Shown in pieces: positions 10,333 through 20,307 of a DNA stretch of 64,000 nucleotides. A program made the position numbers and the translations under genes. Position 1 is the first letter of the stretch. Every line of letters starts with the position of its first letter. The stretch lies in the NCBI GenBank assembly GCA_977017575.1, contig CDRNVI010000021.1, positions 310,001 through 374,000 on the forward strand, given 5' to 3'. This stretch comes from Paramoeba atlantica. Taxonomy: Eukaryota > Protista > Discosea. The notes under the pieces were generated by a model that saw only the letters and a list, made by a program, of their open reading frames with translations, was not told the DNA's origin and searched no databases.

Positions 10333-11130
10333 ATGCTACGACTTACATTGTCCTTTCGTTACCCTCGGCTACTGCGGAAAAGAGCTGTAAGGTCGAAGCC
10401 TAAATCTTCTCCTCCATCCCCAATTGCAACTGAATTGCGCTTGATTTTAGACCAGGTGGCTGCGGAAGCCCAAGAACGGAAATATAAAGGAGAGACGCTA
10501 GACATAGAGTACGTCCATCGCAGGGCGCAAGAAAAGTTGTATGAGAAAAGAATGGGTCATGCTTCTCCCTCCGCACTTGCCCCAAATGGTCTTCTCGTCC
10601 CTCCGGCACCTATCCACAACCTACGCAGAATATATCCTTTGGAACATTTATACAAGGGTGACTTGTGGCCGCAATCTAGAGCACGCCCTTTGTTTCCAGA
10701 TGATGCTGATGAGGAACTCATAGATGCGAGTGATGAGTTTGTGCACTGGGAAATAGAGTGTATGCGATACCTCAGAGAAAATGAGTTGGCTCTGCGGAAA
10801 TCGCTACCATTCTTAAAGGAGGTATGGGCGGCACTCTCCCTTCGACTAAAAGATGCTGAGCAGCGGTACATCGCAGCGAGAAACAAAATTTTGGGCCTTA
10901 GACTTGTTTCGTTTGAGGCGTATGTTTCTTCTGAACAGCGTCTGAAAGAGGTCAGGGATATGTGCGCCGAGACTTACCAAGCCCAGTATCGCGACGGATG
11001 GTTTGATCCACGTGAGATAAAGAGCAGTGCGTCCATAAAATTTTTAAAATTGTCACAAAAAGATTTTTTGACATACGTTGATGAATTAATTTTACGGAGG
11101 TCAGTATCGTCCAGCGAATTCTTGGAGTAG
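10333..11130 (+). CDS. Hypothetical protein with a mitochondrial-type presequence
   Basis: 265-aa ORF starting MLRLTLSFRYPRLLRKRAVRSK, on the same strand as its neighbours. Confidence 0.6.
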   Translation: MLRLTLSFRYPRLLRKRAVRSKPKSSPPSPIATELRLILDQVAAEAQERKYKGETLDIEYVHRRAQEKLYEKRMGHASPSALAPNGLLVPPAPIHNLRRIYPLEHLYKGDLWPQSRARPLFPDDADEELIDASDEFVHWEIECMRYLRENELALRKSLPFLKEVWAALSLRLKDAEQRYIAARNKILGLRLVSFEAYVSSEQRLKEVRDMCAETYQAQYRDGWFDPREIKSSASIKFLKLSQKDFLTYVDELILRRSVSSSEFLE

Positions 11131-11346
11131 TGAATATTTTTTTATTTCGTACAGGACATGCAATGCTGCTGTACAGCGTGTTCTCCGGAACTCTACAGTA
11201 AATTCATCAGTCATAAAAATAAGGATTTAAATATATCAGTGATTATTACTGATAAAGACTTTATCCTTATTAACAATAAAGGTAGTATATAGATGTACAA
11301 GTTACACGATATACTTTCAACTGGCATTATTAGTACGTAATAAAAA

Positions 11347-12135
11347 ATGCATATTCCACTTGAGATTGTAGGATCTAGATTAGCGGATACTTCTTCATCC
11401 CAGGCACCACGACGCGCCAGGGCGCATAAAATTGAGGCGTCACTTCTTCCCCTCGAATATCAATTAGATCGTTTCCTGCATACCGTTGAACATAGAGACC
11501 CGATGTGGAATGATTCCACACCAGGGTGTGCATGGAATGGCGTGCGGTGTGACGATTCTGGGCATATTGAAGCCATTGATTGGGATTCGTGGGGAGACAG
11601 AGGGCATCGAAAGCCATTGACTGGTTTTTTGAACTGGGCCTTCCTTCCTCGAAGCGTTCGATCCTTGCGCCTTGGGAGTAATCAATTGAGCAGTGCCACC
11701 TCTAGTACAAAGCAGTGCTACAACAGCGTGGAGATAACAGTTGATTTAAGAAGCCTTCTCCATGAAATTAAAGTCTTTGAGCTCGGCGGGAATAAATTTA
11801 CAGGTGGGTTAGATCTGACGGCCCTGCCATCGCAATTGCGTATTCTGTATTTGGAAACTAATATTTTCAGTGGTGAAATAGATTTAACGACTCTTCCCTC
11901 AAGTCTTCGTGAACTTGGACTTTGTCGTAACAAGTTATCAGGGTCACTCGATCTTACTCAACTTACTGAAGGTATTTATCGTTTATGGCTTCAGACTAAC
12001 AAATTCGAAGGTGTTGCAGACTTAAGATCCCTCCCCAAGAGCATGAAATTGATCAATGTCCAAGACAATGCATGGAAAGTTATAGCACCAAAGCTAGGCT
12101 TTGAATATAAACACGGAGCCTATTGTTCGACGTAG
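11347..12135 (+). CDS. Leucine-rich repeat protein with Cys cap (paralogue of 25107..25943)
   Basis: CAWNGVRC cap; LxxLxLxxNxxSGxxDLxxLP repeats. Confidence 0.85.
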   Translation: MHIPLEIVGSRLADTSSSQAPRRARAHKIEASLLPLEYQLDRFLHTVEHRDPMWNDSTPGCAWNGVRCDDSGHIEAIDWDSWGDRGHRKPLTGFLNWAFLPRSVRSLRLGSNQLSSATSSTKQCYNSVEITVDLRSLLHEIKVFELGGNKFTGGLDLTALPSQLRILYLETNIFSGEIDLTTLPSSLRELGLCRNKLSGSLDLTQLTEGIYRLWLQTNKFEGVADLRSLPKSMKLINVQDNAWKVIAPKLGFEYKHGAYCST

Positions 12136-12541
12136 GCATGATCGCGCTAATAAGCCGTGATGTTTTTAAAAATAATAGCAAAAAGACTCAATATATTTAA
12201 AAATTTGAAGGACACCCGAATAAAAGGAGGCTCATTTATCGTTGACAACGTTTAGTGCATTTTCTTCTAGCCCAGTATCTCTACAGGATTTCTCCCTCTG
12301 TAAGAAAAATAATAGTTCCCGGCGTTTCCCTGCCGCGGTGGCAGTAGCACTCTCGAGACTACATGTATGAGTGACGACAAACCATTTGACGGTACAATAC
12401 AGAGGGGAGGCAACTGGCCATATTCTGCCATATTCTGCCGATCGCTGTCTTATTCGGCGTTCCCGCCGCGAAGCGGCGAGTTATTTTTCGGTGGACATAT
12501 TCTTTTGAGTAAAAATATTTCCTTTCTGCTGTTTTTTAATA

Positions 12542-12782
12542 AACCCTGTTCCGGGTTATTGTGCCCCCCTGCACAATAACTGGCTCTAGGCACAATAACT
12601 AAATATTGGAAAAAACTCAAAAAAAGGGTCGCGGCGCCTTTTTTATGGGCAAACACGTTCGTGTGCAGAATGAGTTCCATTTAACTAATGAGTTGTTGAA
12701 CAAACAACTTTAATTTCGAGAAAATGGGAAGAAAAAACTTCCACTTATTGTGCCCCCCTGCACAATAACCCGGAACAGGGTA
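12542..12782. mobile_element. 241-bp MITE, Tc1/mariner superfamily type
   Basis: 22-bp perfect TIR ACCCTGTTCCGGGTTATTGTGC (12543-12564) and its complement (12760-12781). TA at 12540-41 and 12783-84. Internal GTTATTGTGC/GCACAATAAC hairpins at both ends. Confidence 0.8.
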
Positions 12783-13255
12783 TAAACCCCCCGCACACTT
12801 ATTAGAGGGCTGAAACCTGGAGGACCTTGTCACTTATCAGGTGGGATCGGTCGGGATCGGCGCTTGAATAGCTTCTTATGATACTTTAATACTTTTATGG
12901 TGACCCTTTTTTCTATTACAGTGAATGGCTTTATTACGGGACGGGTTAATTAAGGGACATCCCCCATCAGGTCCAAAGTGTCCCGTAATTAACCGTCACT
13001 TAATTCTCCATTTTGTTTTCTAAGGCTCTACTATACCTTTTTTTAAATTATCTTCCTTTATTTATCTCCTTTTCGTTCAGTTATCTTACAAATACATTTT
13101 TATGTGTGCCTGATAACTTACGCGCTCTGTGACTTGGGCGCTACACTTATAGTTCTTTTGTCCCATTCCAAAGGTGTGACCCCACCCCTAATTTAGGCTC
13201 TTCGTCAAGCGTAGTGGTTGTTTTCAACATGAATGAGTAACATGAGTAACATGAG

Positions 13256-13615
13256 TTACTTTTTGATTTTTCCTTTTAGATGCACTTGCATGCATCGGCA
13301 TGCGTGTTCAGCACGTTTCGCCTGTTCAATTGTTTCATAACAAACAAAGACGAGATGTTTGTTAGACAGAAGGGTCATTTTGCCAATCGTTCCGAAGGAC
13401 GAAAAAAACGTTCGAAAACTTTCCTTGCCCACCTCCACAGGAATACATTTCACGGTGATCGAAAAGGGATCGAGATCAGTGTACTCGGACTCCAACGACT
13501 TTTTTGCCTTTTTAACTTCAAGTTCCGTATTTTTGACTTTCTTTTTGCTCTTAATAAATTGTATTGAGGGCCACACAGGCTTTTTAGGGGAATTGCTTTC
13601 TTCAGATTTGCTCAT
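13256..13615 (-). CDS. Small antisense RRM-like ORF (119 aa), possibly transposon-carried or a pseudogene
   Basis: SITVKCIP...FRTFFSSFGTIGKMTLLSNKHLVFVCYETIEQAKRA fits RRM beta1-alpha1-beta2-beta3-alpha2. ATG lies 2 nt from a TA|AACCCCCTGCAC TIR-like end. Confidence 0.5.
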   Translation of the reverse strand: MSKSEESNSPKKPVWPSIQFIKSKKKVKNTELEVKKAKKSLESEYTDLDPFSITVKCIPVEVGKESFRTFFSSFGTIGKMTLLSNKHLVFVCYETIEQAKRAEHACRCMQVHLKGKIKK

Positions 13616-13618
13616 GTA

Positions 13619-13740
13619 AACCCCCTGCACACTTATTATTCCGGATTTTTTCGCACGCATTTTCCGGAACAATAAGTGTTTCCGGAATAATAAGTGTGTT
13701 TCCGGAATAATAAATGTGCGCGCACACTTATTATTCCGGA
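13619..13740. repeat. Five copies of an ~18-bp motif CACACTTATTATTCCGGA in mixed orientation (transposon-end-like)
   Basis: Forward at 13628 and 13723; reverse at about 13663, 13681 and 13701. Starts TA|AACCCCCTGCACACTTATTA, similar to 12785. Confidence 0.8.
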
Positions 13741-14259
13741 AATTTATGGCTGTGTACGTAGTAAACCTTGAAGCAAACCTTCGTTGGAGTGGCAAACGAT
13801 CTAATTCATCGAAAATTAATTAGAAGATAGCTGATAGCTGTGCTAAAGAATGTATAGTGTGAGTATACCAAATTTGTTGTGGCAATCAACTGATATTAAA
13901 GCCCAGTATTTTTTATAGTAACGAAGAATAGAATACCTAAGGAGGATTTACAAGACACCAAGTAAAACCACAGAAAAACTTAGATACGACGCATAAAAAA
14001 CCGTTGCTGTGGACGGAAAATGTATTGTCTATGAATCAGTTATTTTGACCTATAAGATTATCTATTATATAATATAATATTATTGTGCTATATTTTATCG
14101 AATGACTTAAGACGCACAATCGTTGCTAGATTATTTAGCGGAGCTAAACAGATCATCCAATGTGACTTTTTTCTTTTTCGGCTTCTGAGAGCTTTTTTTC
14201 AAGCGGTATAAGATGATTTGGTTTTGAAAGTCGTTTTTCTTTTCTTTTGTATAGTTGGA

Positions 14260-14560
14260 TTAAGACGGCTTTTCTTGAGGTACTAAAAATTTATATTCTT
14301 CAAATCCTCTGATTTTAGCTTTACCTGGGTTGATATATCCCAGATTCTCAAATTCATTAACAATTTTTTCCTCATCTGCAAGAACGTTATCGATAGCTTC
14401 AGCACATAATTTGTGCAAGAGCTCTCTTTTCTGAGCAGCAGATCGTGGGGTTTCCGGGTATACGTGAGGCTTGTACAAATCAAAGTGCCGAGATTTGTAC
14501 GTGGAAGCAAAGTACACATCCACCCATTGAGGCCATGAAGTAAGACCTCCGGGAATACCG
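14260..14560 (-). pseudogene. pogo/Tigger-like DDE_1 transposase C-terminal remnant
   Basis: IPGGLTSWPQWVDVYFASTYK matches the pogo consensus iPggxTsxlQPlDxxxxxxfK. Downstream AIDNVLADEEKIVNEFENLG matches the typical aW..i..e.I.nsF..xG helix. Confidence 0.65.
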
Positions 14561-15199
14561 TATGGCATGCAGCCTGCCATGCCACCATCAACAATCCCGC
14601 CCATACGGCATACGTTAAGAATACAGCACATAAGTGGGAAAAACATAGGCGCCGCGAAGCGGCGCCGAACTTTTTTTGCTTTTCACTTACGAATTCTGCC
14701 ATATTCTGCCAATCACCACAGACGCGTTGCCCCCCCTCACAGTAAACAATCTTTTGATTTCTTTTTATAAAATGTATCATGTATCCGTAAATATAGAAAA
14801 CGTCTTCGTCGTGTATGCCCTCCATGGACCCTCAGAGTATCGCAACCTTGTATCTAGTCACCATGTATAGTGGACGTTCATTTATATTCTTTATTTACAC
14901 GTCTCCTAACCGGCTTAACTAGTGAGCTTCATGCAAAAAACTCGAAAAATTGCTCCTAAAAGTTTTGAATTTGTTTTTTGTCCCCCCTACCTAGCTGGGG
15001 GGTAGGAGGTCGCTAGAGTGAAGAAGACAACGGATTCGGAAGCGTTTTTCGGGTCGAAAAAGGGTGTTGTACAAAATATTTCCAAAATCGGGCACAATGC
15101 AAAGCCTGTAGGCGTGGATACGCCGCTGAATACCACTGTACACATCACGGTGCAACATTCATAGTGTATAAGAAACCTTTGAATAATTTATTTTTCCTA

Positions 15200-16228
15200 A
15201 TGACTTCTGGTTATTGCCATTTGTGCCAACGACCTTGCCGAATTGTTGTTATGTCACCCGACGTGTCAGCTACTGAAATTCACGGAGAAGAGAAAGGCAT
15301 GACTGACTCTGTACCCACCTGTGCGTGGTGTGACAGCACCGTTGTCGAAATTGTTGAAAACGAAGAAGACCGCGCGGACATGCTTTTATTCACGCAACAA
15401 CGAGAAGAATCTGACAGAAGAGAACGTAGTGCGCTAAGAAGTGAAAGTCACACTGATCCCGCTACCAGATTTTTTGATCCTTCAAACGTATCTGGGCTCA
15501 GAGAAAATTCGCAGGTAAATTCTCGAACAGAGGGATCAGCGACGTTTTCCTTTCAATCTACTTCCGGGGATGCTCTTCCGGGTAATGTCATTAATGCTCT
15601 ACAGTCCGCTATCGCTGCCGCAACCAATCAAGCGGGGGGAGAAAACCTTATACAACAAGGAGGCATTGCAACAGCAAATTTTATCATATCTGCCGAGCCG
15701 GTGGATAGCAACGGAGAAAATGTACAGGTGGCTTCGTTTTCCGCAAACTTTCCGGCGAATGGTTCATCTTCGACAGGACTCAATGCACTATTCTCTAATC
15801 TTTCTGGCATGTTTCAGAGAACAAACACAGGTTCTTTTCACACTTCCGATGGCAGAACGTTTTCTAACATGGATGAGGTATTGGCACATCTGCTGTCGGT
15901 GCATGACGTGCAGCCAAGTCCTGTTTCAGAGTCGGTCCTTGAGAAAATTAAAGGTCGCGCCCGCGCAGCGAGGAGTCAGCCCTTCTCGTCGAACTCGGGC
16001 GATACTAAAGTTGGAGAGGTGTTCTTGGAGTCATCCGCTGAATCCAGTTCCGATGGAACTTCATCGAACCGAACATGCAGTGTGTGTATGGGCACTATGG
16101 TAGGTGAGGAACTCACAACGGATCTTGTGTGTGACCACATTTTCCATCTGGATTGTATAGTACCTTGGCTACAGCATCAGCAGACCTGCCCTGTTTGCCG
16201 AAGAAATATTGAGCAACCGAATGGTTGA
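15200..16228 (+). CDS. RING-H2 E3 ubiquitin ligase (RNF126/RNF115-like)
   Basis: N-terminal zinc ribbon YCHLC...CAWC; C-terminal CSVC...CDHIFHLDCIVPWL..CPVCR. First ATG at 15200. Confidence 0.9.
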   Translation: MTSGYCHLCQRPCRIVVMSPDVSATEIHGEEKGMTDSVPTCAWCDSTVVEIVENEEDRADMLLFTQQREESDRRERSALRSESHTDPATRFFDPSNVSGLRENSQVNSRTEGSATFSFQSTSGDALPGNVINALQSAIAAATNQAGGENLIQQGGIATANFIISAEPVDSNGENVQVASFSANFPANGSSSTGLNALFSNLSGMFQRTNTGSFHTSDGRTFSNMDEVLAHLLSVHDVQPSPVSESVLEKIKGRARAARSQPFSSNSGDTKVGEVFLESSAESSSDGTSSNRTCSVCMGTMVGEELTTDLVCDHIFHLDCIVPWLQHQQTCPVCRRNIEQPNG

Positions 16229-16425
16229 TTCAAGGTTCTTATTTATTATACGTTTGACGACATGTTTTCACGACGTTTTCTTCTTTTTTCTAATGCGACA
16301 ATAAAGGAAAACTATTTTTGTGTTTGATTTCCACTTTTATGACTTCCTACAACTCAGAAACATAGTCCCACCAACCTCCCATTCTTATCTCAAACTAAAC
16401 CACAACACATTCTCCCCCCCTTTCC

Positions 16426-17139
16426 ATGAGTCGTGACCCTCTCACCTCTGACTTCGACACCCCACGCACAGAAAACCCCCCCACCCCCACCCACCCCCCC
16501 TGTCCCCGATGCACCTTCCCCAACCCCCCCTCCTGCTTTGTCTGTGCCCAATGTCACGCCCCCCTCCAGGTCCCCGCCACGGCCTTCACGCACGACGCCC
16601 CCTCCCCTCCCGGTGACCCCTGCCCCGGGGAGATCCCCATCCCCCCCTCCTCCCCCCACCACGTCGAGGTCGAGGACATGTTCCTCGAGTTCTACCGGCG
16701 CCGGGGGTACTACGCCGCGCTCCTTCTCCTCGCGCTCTCCGTCCCCCGACTGCTCTCCGCGTTCCTCCCCGCACTCCTCCCCGTGTGCTCGAGTCTCTGC
16801 GTTGTGTGGTGGATGCATGACGGGAGGAAGTTCGCGGCAGGGGATGCGCGTAGCTCTCCTGGGGGCCGGCGCTGGTTTGTGGTGCGCCGCAACACCGCGC
16901 TCCAGGTCCACTACTGGGTGTGTCTGGTGTTGTTGGTGTTGGTGTCGATTGTGGGGGTGTTGCAGGTGGGGAGGGTGATACGACCGGAGGCGGTGCCGGA
17001 GGGGGTGACGCCGGTTCCCTCACGGGGTGCGGTGATGATGCGGTTGATTTTTACGGTGTTACATGCGTTGAGTCTGGCAGCTTCCGCGTTTTTCACGCGG
17101 AAGGTGATTTTAGTGCTTCCCTCGCCGAGAGGTTCGTAG
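16426..17139 (+). CDS. RanBP2-type zinc-finger membrane protein
   Basis: CPRCTFPNPPSCFVCAQC followed by about four hydrophobic helices. Confidence 0.7.
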   Translation: MSRDPLTSDFDTPRTENPPTPTHPPCPRCTFPNPPSCFVCAQCHAPLQVPATAFTHDAPSPPGDPCPGEIPIPPSSPHHVEVEDMFLEFYRRRGYYAALLLLALSVPRLLSAFLPALLPVCSSLCVVWWMHDGRKFAAGDARSSPGGRRWFVVRRNTALQVHYWVCLVLLVLVSIVGVLQVGRVIRPEAVPEGVTPVPSRGAVMMRLIFTVLHALSLAASAFFTRKVILVLPSPRGS

Positions 17140-17380
17140 GCAGGTTGTTTTTATCGTTCTTGAAAAGCAGCTTCGGTTTTTGTGAATGTAACGAACTGAT
17201 TTGAAATAAGAATTGGTGTGTCGATTCTCTTGTAAAATTTTGATCAATTAGGACATCCATTTAGCATTTCGACACAAATTCTTGTGAATTGAAATAAAAT
17301 TCTTTGTTGTAAGGTGTGGACAAACTATTCTTTTTCTCTTGCACGCTTGTGTTTGATACGACATTGTTTTTTTTTTTTAA

Positions 17381-19723
17381 ATGAGCCACGATCGATTCAG
17401 CTTTGTTAATCATTTTCTAACTTGCGCCCGTCGACGATTTCACACGCGATTTCCCTCAGCTCCAACAACGAAGGAACAAAAATGTGAAAATGCAAAGAGA
17501 GCACTTTTGGCTTTTAATATCATGATCTCGCAGGGACGTAAGCCTGACGTAGGAACGTATACAAAATTGATATATCTTATGGGTCAAGGTGATCTAGAAT
17601 GGCAAGCATATAAATTATTCGCGCGTATGTTAGACCAGGGCCTGGATCCCATTCCGCAGACGTACGCTGCTCTAAAAATCGCGACCAATCCGAAGCGACA
17701 TTCCTTGCTCAGGGATATTGAACTTAAAATGAAAGATAGTATCAAGAGCTTTCCTGCAGAGTTGGCTCAAGATTTGAGCAAAGCTAAAAAAGAGAACAAA
17801 TTGAAACTGGAGAGCACGATAAAGCAGTTGTCGGACGGTACTTTTCTGGGGAACTCTGATACAGGTGCTAACCCAGCTTCTGTGGATGTTAAGCACGACT
17901 CTGCAGCAATAGAAAGTTCCACACAGGATGCGGCCGCTCGAGGTGGATCATATGCTACCGTGAGTATTGAAAATCCTGCACTTACTTGGGATACATTTCG
18001 CACGGCGCAAGAACGTAGGAAGTCTGCTCGTCCTGTGCTAAGCACAATAGAGAGAGATCAAGCGCATTCTGTGTTGGAAACTCTTCATGACGAGGAACTT
18101 CGTATTTTATTGACTATTCACAGGCAATTACGGCACGGAACGCGAAGCCAAATGATCTCTAGTATATGTGACTGTTTGCCGCTTGAAAAAATTCTTGAGC
18201 TTGGAGAAAGGAGGAAGTTGTTTTTTTCCACCTTGCGTGGCGGCATTCAGCGGACACTCCATGATCCAGCATATTTCAAACAATTTAAACTTATTTCTGG
18301 TTGTCCGACTAGAATTTTGAGTACAGGTAAAGAAGTGGCATCTGTGGAGGTACCAATGCTCGAATCCGGAACCCCGAATAATAATGTTGAAAGTGGCATT
18401 CTAGGGCCTGAACCGAGTACTCAGCGGGGACAGAGCTTTGAGAAAGCCGAAGGAGTGCAAGGAGTATTGCTCACTCCTTGGGGATACATCAAAGAACCTA
18501 TAAGTAAGCCCCCTCCGGCTCCCAGTCCCATAAACCCAGAACGCACCATCGTCCTTTCCGATGAAGAGATCCTTTCCGTTCAAAAATCCGCTCGAACGGG
18601 AACATTGGATATGCTCCCCCTTCCTCTTCTTCGAAGATACGCACGCCAGTTTCACGTCAAATGGAAAAGGAAGTTCCGCACCGAGTTATACGAAAACATT
18701 GTTTTTCATGTGCAGCACTTCTCCGTTGCTCCAGACGACTCTGAGAAGCCGGATCAACACAACGAAACCCCAAGGGTTATACCACTGAATGATTCGGACT
18801 CACCCGAACACTCTGAGCCAACTGTCGCACCAACCCCATTCGAAGTGTTGAAGACAATAACGCGCTACGCAGCTGAGGTACAGGTTGTCGACAAAGTAGA
18901 ACTCACTAAAAAAATTCAAGCGATTCAAAGGAGGAGGCAACTCGAACGCCAACAGTTTGCCGTTAGCCAAAATAAATCCAAGGAGGACGCTTCCAGGGAT
19001 CGTCTGCCTTTACTAACTGAATGGCAAATGAAGCGTGCCAATATACAACCCTTAAAGCTTCCACCTGAGATTGAAGAAGAGGATGTTGTGTCTTCCGAAG
19101 CATTGAAAGAGACTCTTGTCTCGAGGTGGAGCAATATGGTAGGAGTCGACCGATATGAAGATTTACGTCGCACAGGATATAAGAACCCGCCAATACATGA
19201 CAAGGGACAATCATCAAGCAACACAACCACGGCGCCTTGGGAGAATGACATAATCGAAACAGATTCATATTTGTTGAAAATAAACCAACAGCAGCAGAAA
19301 TCCGGTGGCGATAGAAAAAAGATTTATTCGAAATCAACGGGACCACTAAGACCGCAAACATCATCCTTTGAAAACATTAATGAGGCTGAAGTCGACGATG
19401 GAATTGCGTACTTAGATCGGGATGGGGCTGTACCTGCTCGAGCGAATGAATATGAGGAAACATACTTCGGTCGCTTTCGTAAACATCACAAAGAAAAAAT
19501 GAACCCTTTACGCACAACGACGTCGAGAGAGGGACTTTTGAAAAAGTTAGCTGATATGAAAGAAAAAAAGAAGAAAGGGTTTCCACAGACAAAGGAACGG
19601 AAAACAGAACAAAGGAACTTACGGAGTTTGATTTTTCTGCAAGGGAAAAAGGAAGAGCGCATTAAACAAAAGATGATGTCGAATGTGATATCCAAGCCCC
19701 GAAAAATGGCGTTCAGAATGTAA
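17381..19723 (+). CDS. PPR protein with SAP-like motifs, probably mitochondrial
   Basis: PPR motifs KPDVGTYTKLI...AYKLFARMLDQGLDPIPQTYAAL; SAP-like LETLHDEELRILLTIHRQLRHGTRSQMISSI; basic C-terminus. Confidence 0.7.
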   Translation: MSHDRFSFVNHFLTCARRRFHTRFPSAPTTKEQKCENAKRALLAFNIMISQGRKPDVGTYTKLIYLMGQGDLEWQAYKLFARMLDQGLDPIPQTYAALKIATNPKRHSLLRDIELKMKDSIKSFPAELAQDLSKAKKENKLKLESTIKQLSDGTFLGNSDTGANPASVDVKHDSAAIESSTQDAAARGGSYATVSIENPALTWDTFRTAQERRKSARPVLSTIERDQAHSVLETLHDEELRILLTIHRQLRHGTRSQMISSICDCLPLEKILELGERRKLFFSTLRGGIQRTLHDPAYFKQFKLISGCPTRILSTGKEVASVEVPMLESGTPNNNVESGILGPEPSTQRGQSFEKAEGVQGVLLTPWGYIKEPISKPPPAPSPINPERTIVLSDEEILSVQKSARTGTLDMLPLPLLRRYARQFHVKWKRKFRTELYENIVFHVQHFSVAPDDSEKPDQHNETPRVIPLNDSDSPEHSEPTVAPTPFEVLKTITRYAAEVQVVDKVELTKKIQAIQRRRQLERQQFAVSQNKSKEDASRDRLPLLTEWQMKRANIQPLKLPPEIEEEDVVSSEALKETLVSRWSNMVGVDRYEDLRRTGYKNPPIHDKGQSSSNTTTAPWENDIIETDSYLLKINQQQQKSGGDRKKIYSKSTGPLRPQTSSFENINEAEVDDGIAYLDRDGAVPARANEYEETYFGRFRKHHKEKMNPLRTTTSREGLLKKLADMKEKKKKGFPQTKERKTEQRNLRSLIFLQGKKEERIKQKMMSNVISKPRKMAFRM

Positions 19724-19824
19724 TTCACTTCGAAGTTCGACGTGAGATTTCACTGAAATTATACTAGCTTTGTAATAAAACCGCAGATTTTTACCGCAGA
19801 TTTTTTGTATGTTTTTGTCAGCAC

Positions 19825-19900
19825 GCAGCGATTTAACGGGTGGGATCGAAGAGTCTTTCTAGTCTTATCTCTACGTTCTCGAATCCACGCTGTTAGATTT
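19825..19900 (+). ncRNA. AGA-box single-hairpin H/ACA-like snoRNA, copy 1
   Basis: GCAGCG/CGCTGT lower stem, pocket TTAACGGGTG and GAATCCA, AGA box 3 nt before the inferred end. Confidence 0.65.
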
Positions 19901-19956
19901 AAGGATATTGTGCAAAAGGTAAATGTATATATTAGTTCTTTTTCTTAAAATTACGC

Positions 19957-20032
19957 GCAGCGATTTAACGGGTGGGATTGAAGAGTCTTTCTGGTCATAT
20001 CTCTACGTTCTCTAATCCACGCTGCTAGATTT
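19957..20032 (+). ncRNA. AGA-box single-hairpin H/ACA-like snoRNA, copy 2
   Basis: Same architecture; 3' guide TAATCCA; AGA at 20027-29. Confidence 0.65.
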
Positions 20033-20234
20033 AAGACCATAATGCACATATGGCCAATTGTTACATTCGGTACTTTGTACATGGTTGAACAGAAATCTTG
20101 CCCCCCCCCCTCGCGGAAAAATTTGGTATGACAAAATAGCAAGATAGCACCTGTGTGCTATCATGAGCTCAATAACTGAGATTGCTCGAACATCACATGT
20201 TGATCTAGGTTTTTCTTAAAAGTATATTTTTTGC

Positions 20235-20307
20235 GCAGCGATTTAACGGGTGGGATCGACGAGGGACTTCCTCATCTTGGCGTTCTCGAATCCACGCTGC
20301 TAGATTT
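20235..20307 (+). ncRNA. AGA-box single-hairpin H/ACA-like snoRNA, copy 3
   Basis: Same architecture; different apical hairpin GAGG-GACTT-CCTC; AGA at 20302-04. Confidence 0.65.

Larger units (their letters stand above)
12400..14742 (-). mobile_element. Possible composite degenerate pogo-like element containing a nested MITE, an RRM ORF and a DDE_1 remnant
   Basis: Imperfect TA-flanked ends TA|CAGAGGGGAGGCAAC and GTTGCCCCCCCTCACAG|TA. (ATATTCTGCC)x2 and the GCCGCGAAGCGGCG hairpin occur near both ends in mirrored order. Confidence 0.35.
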
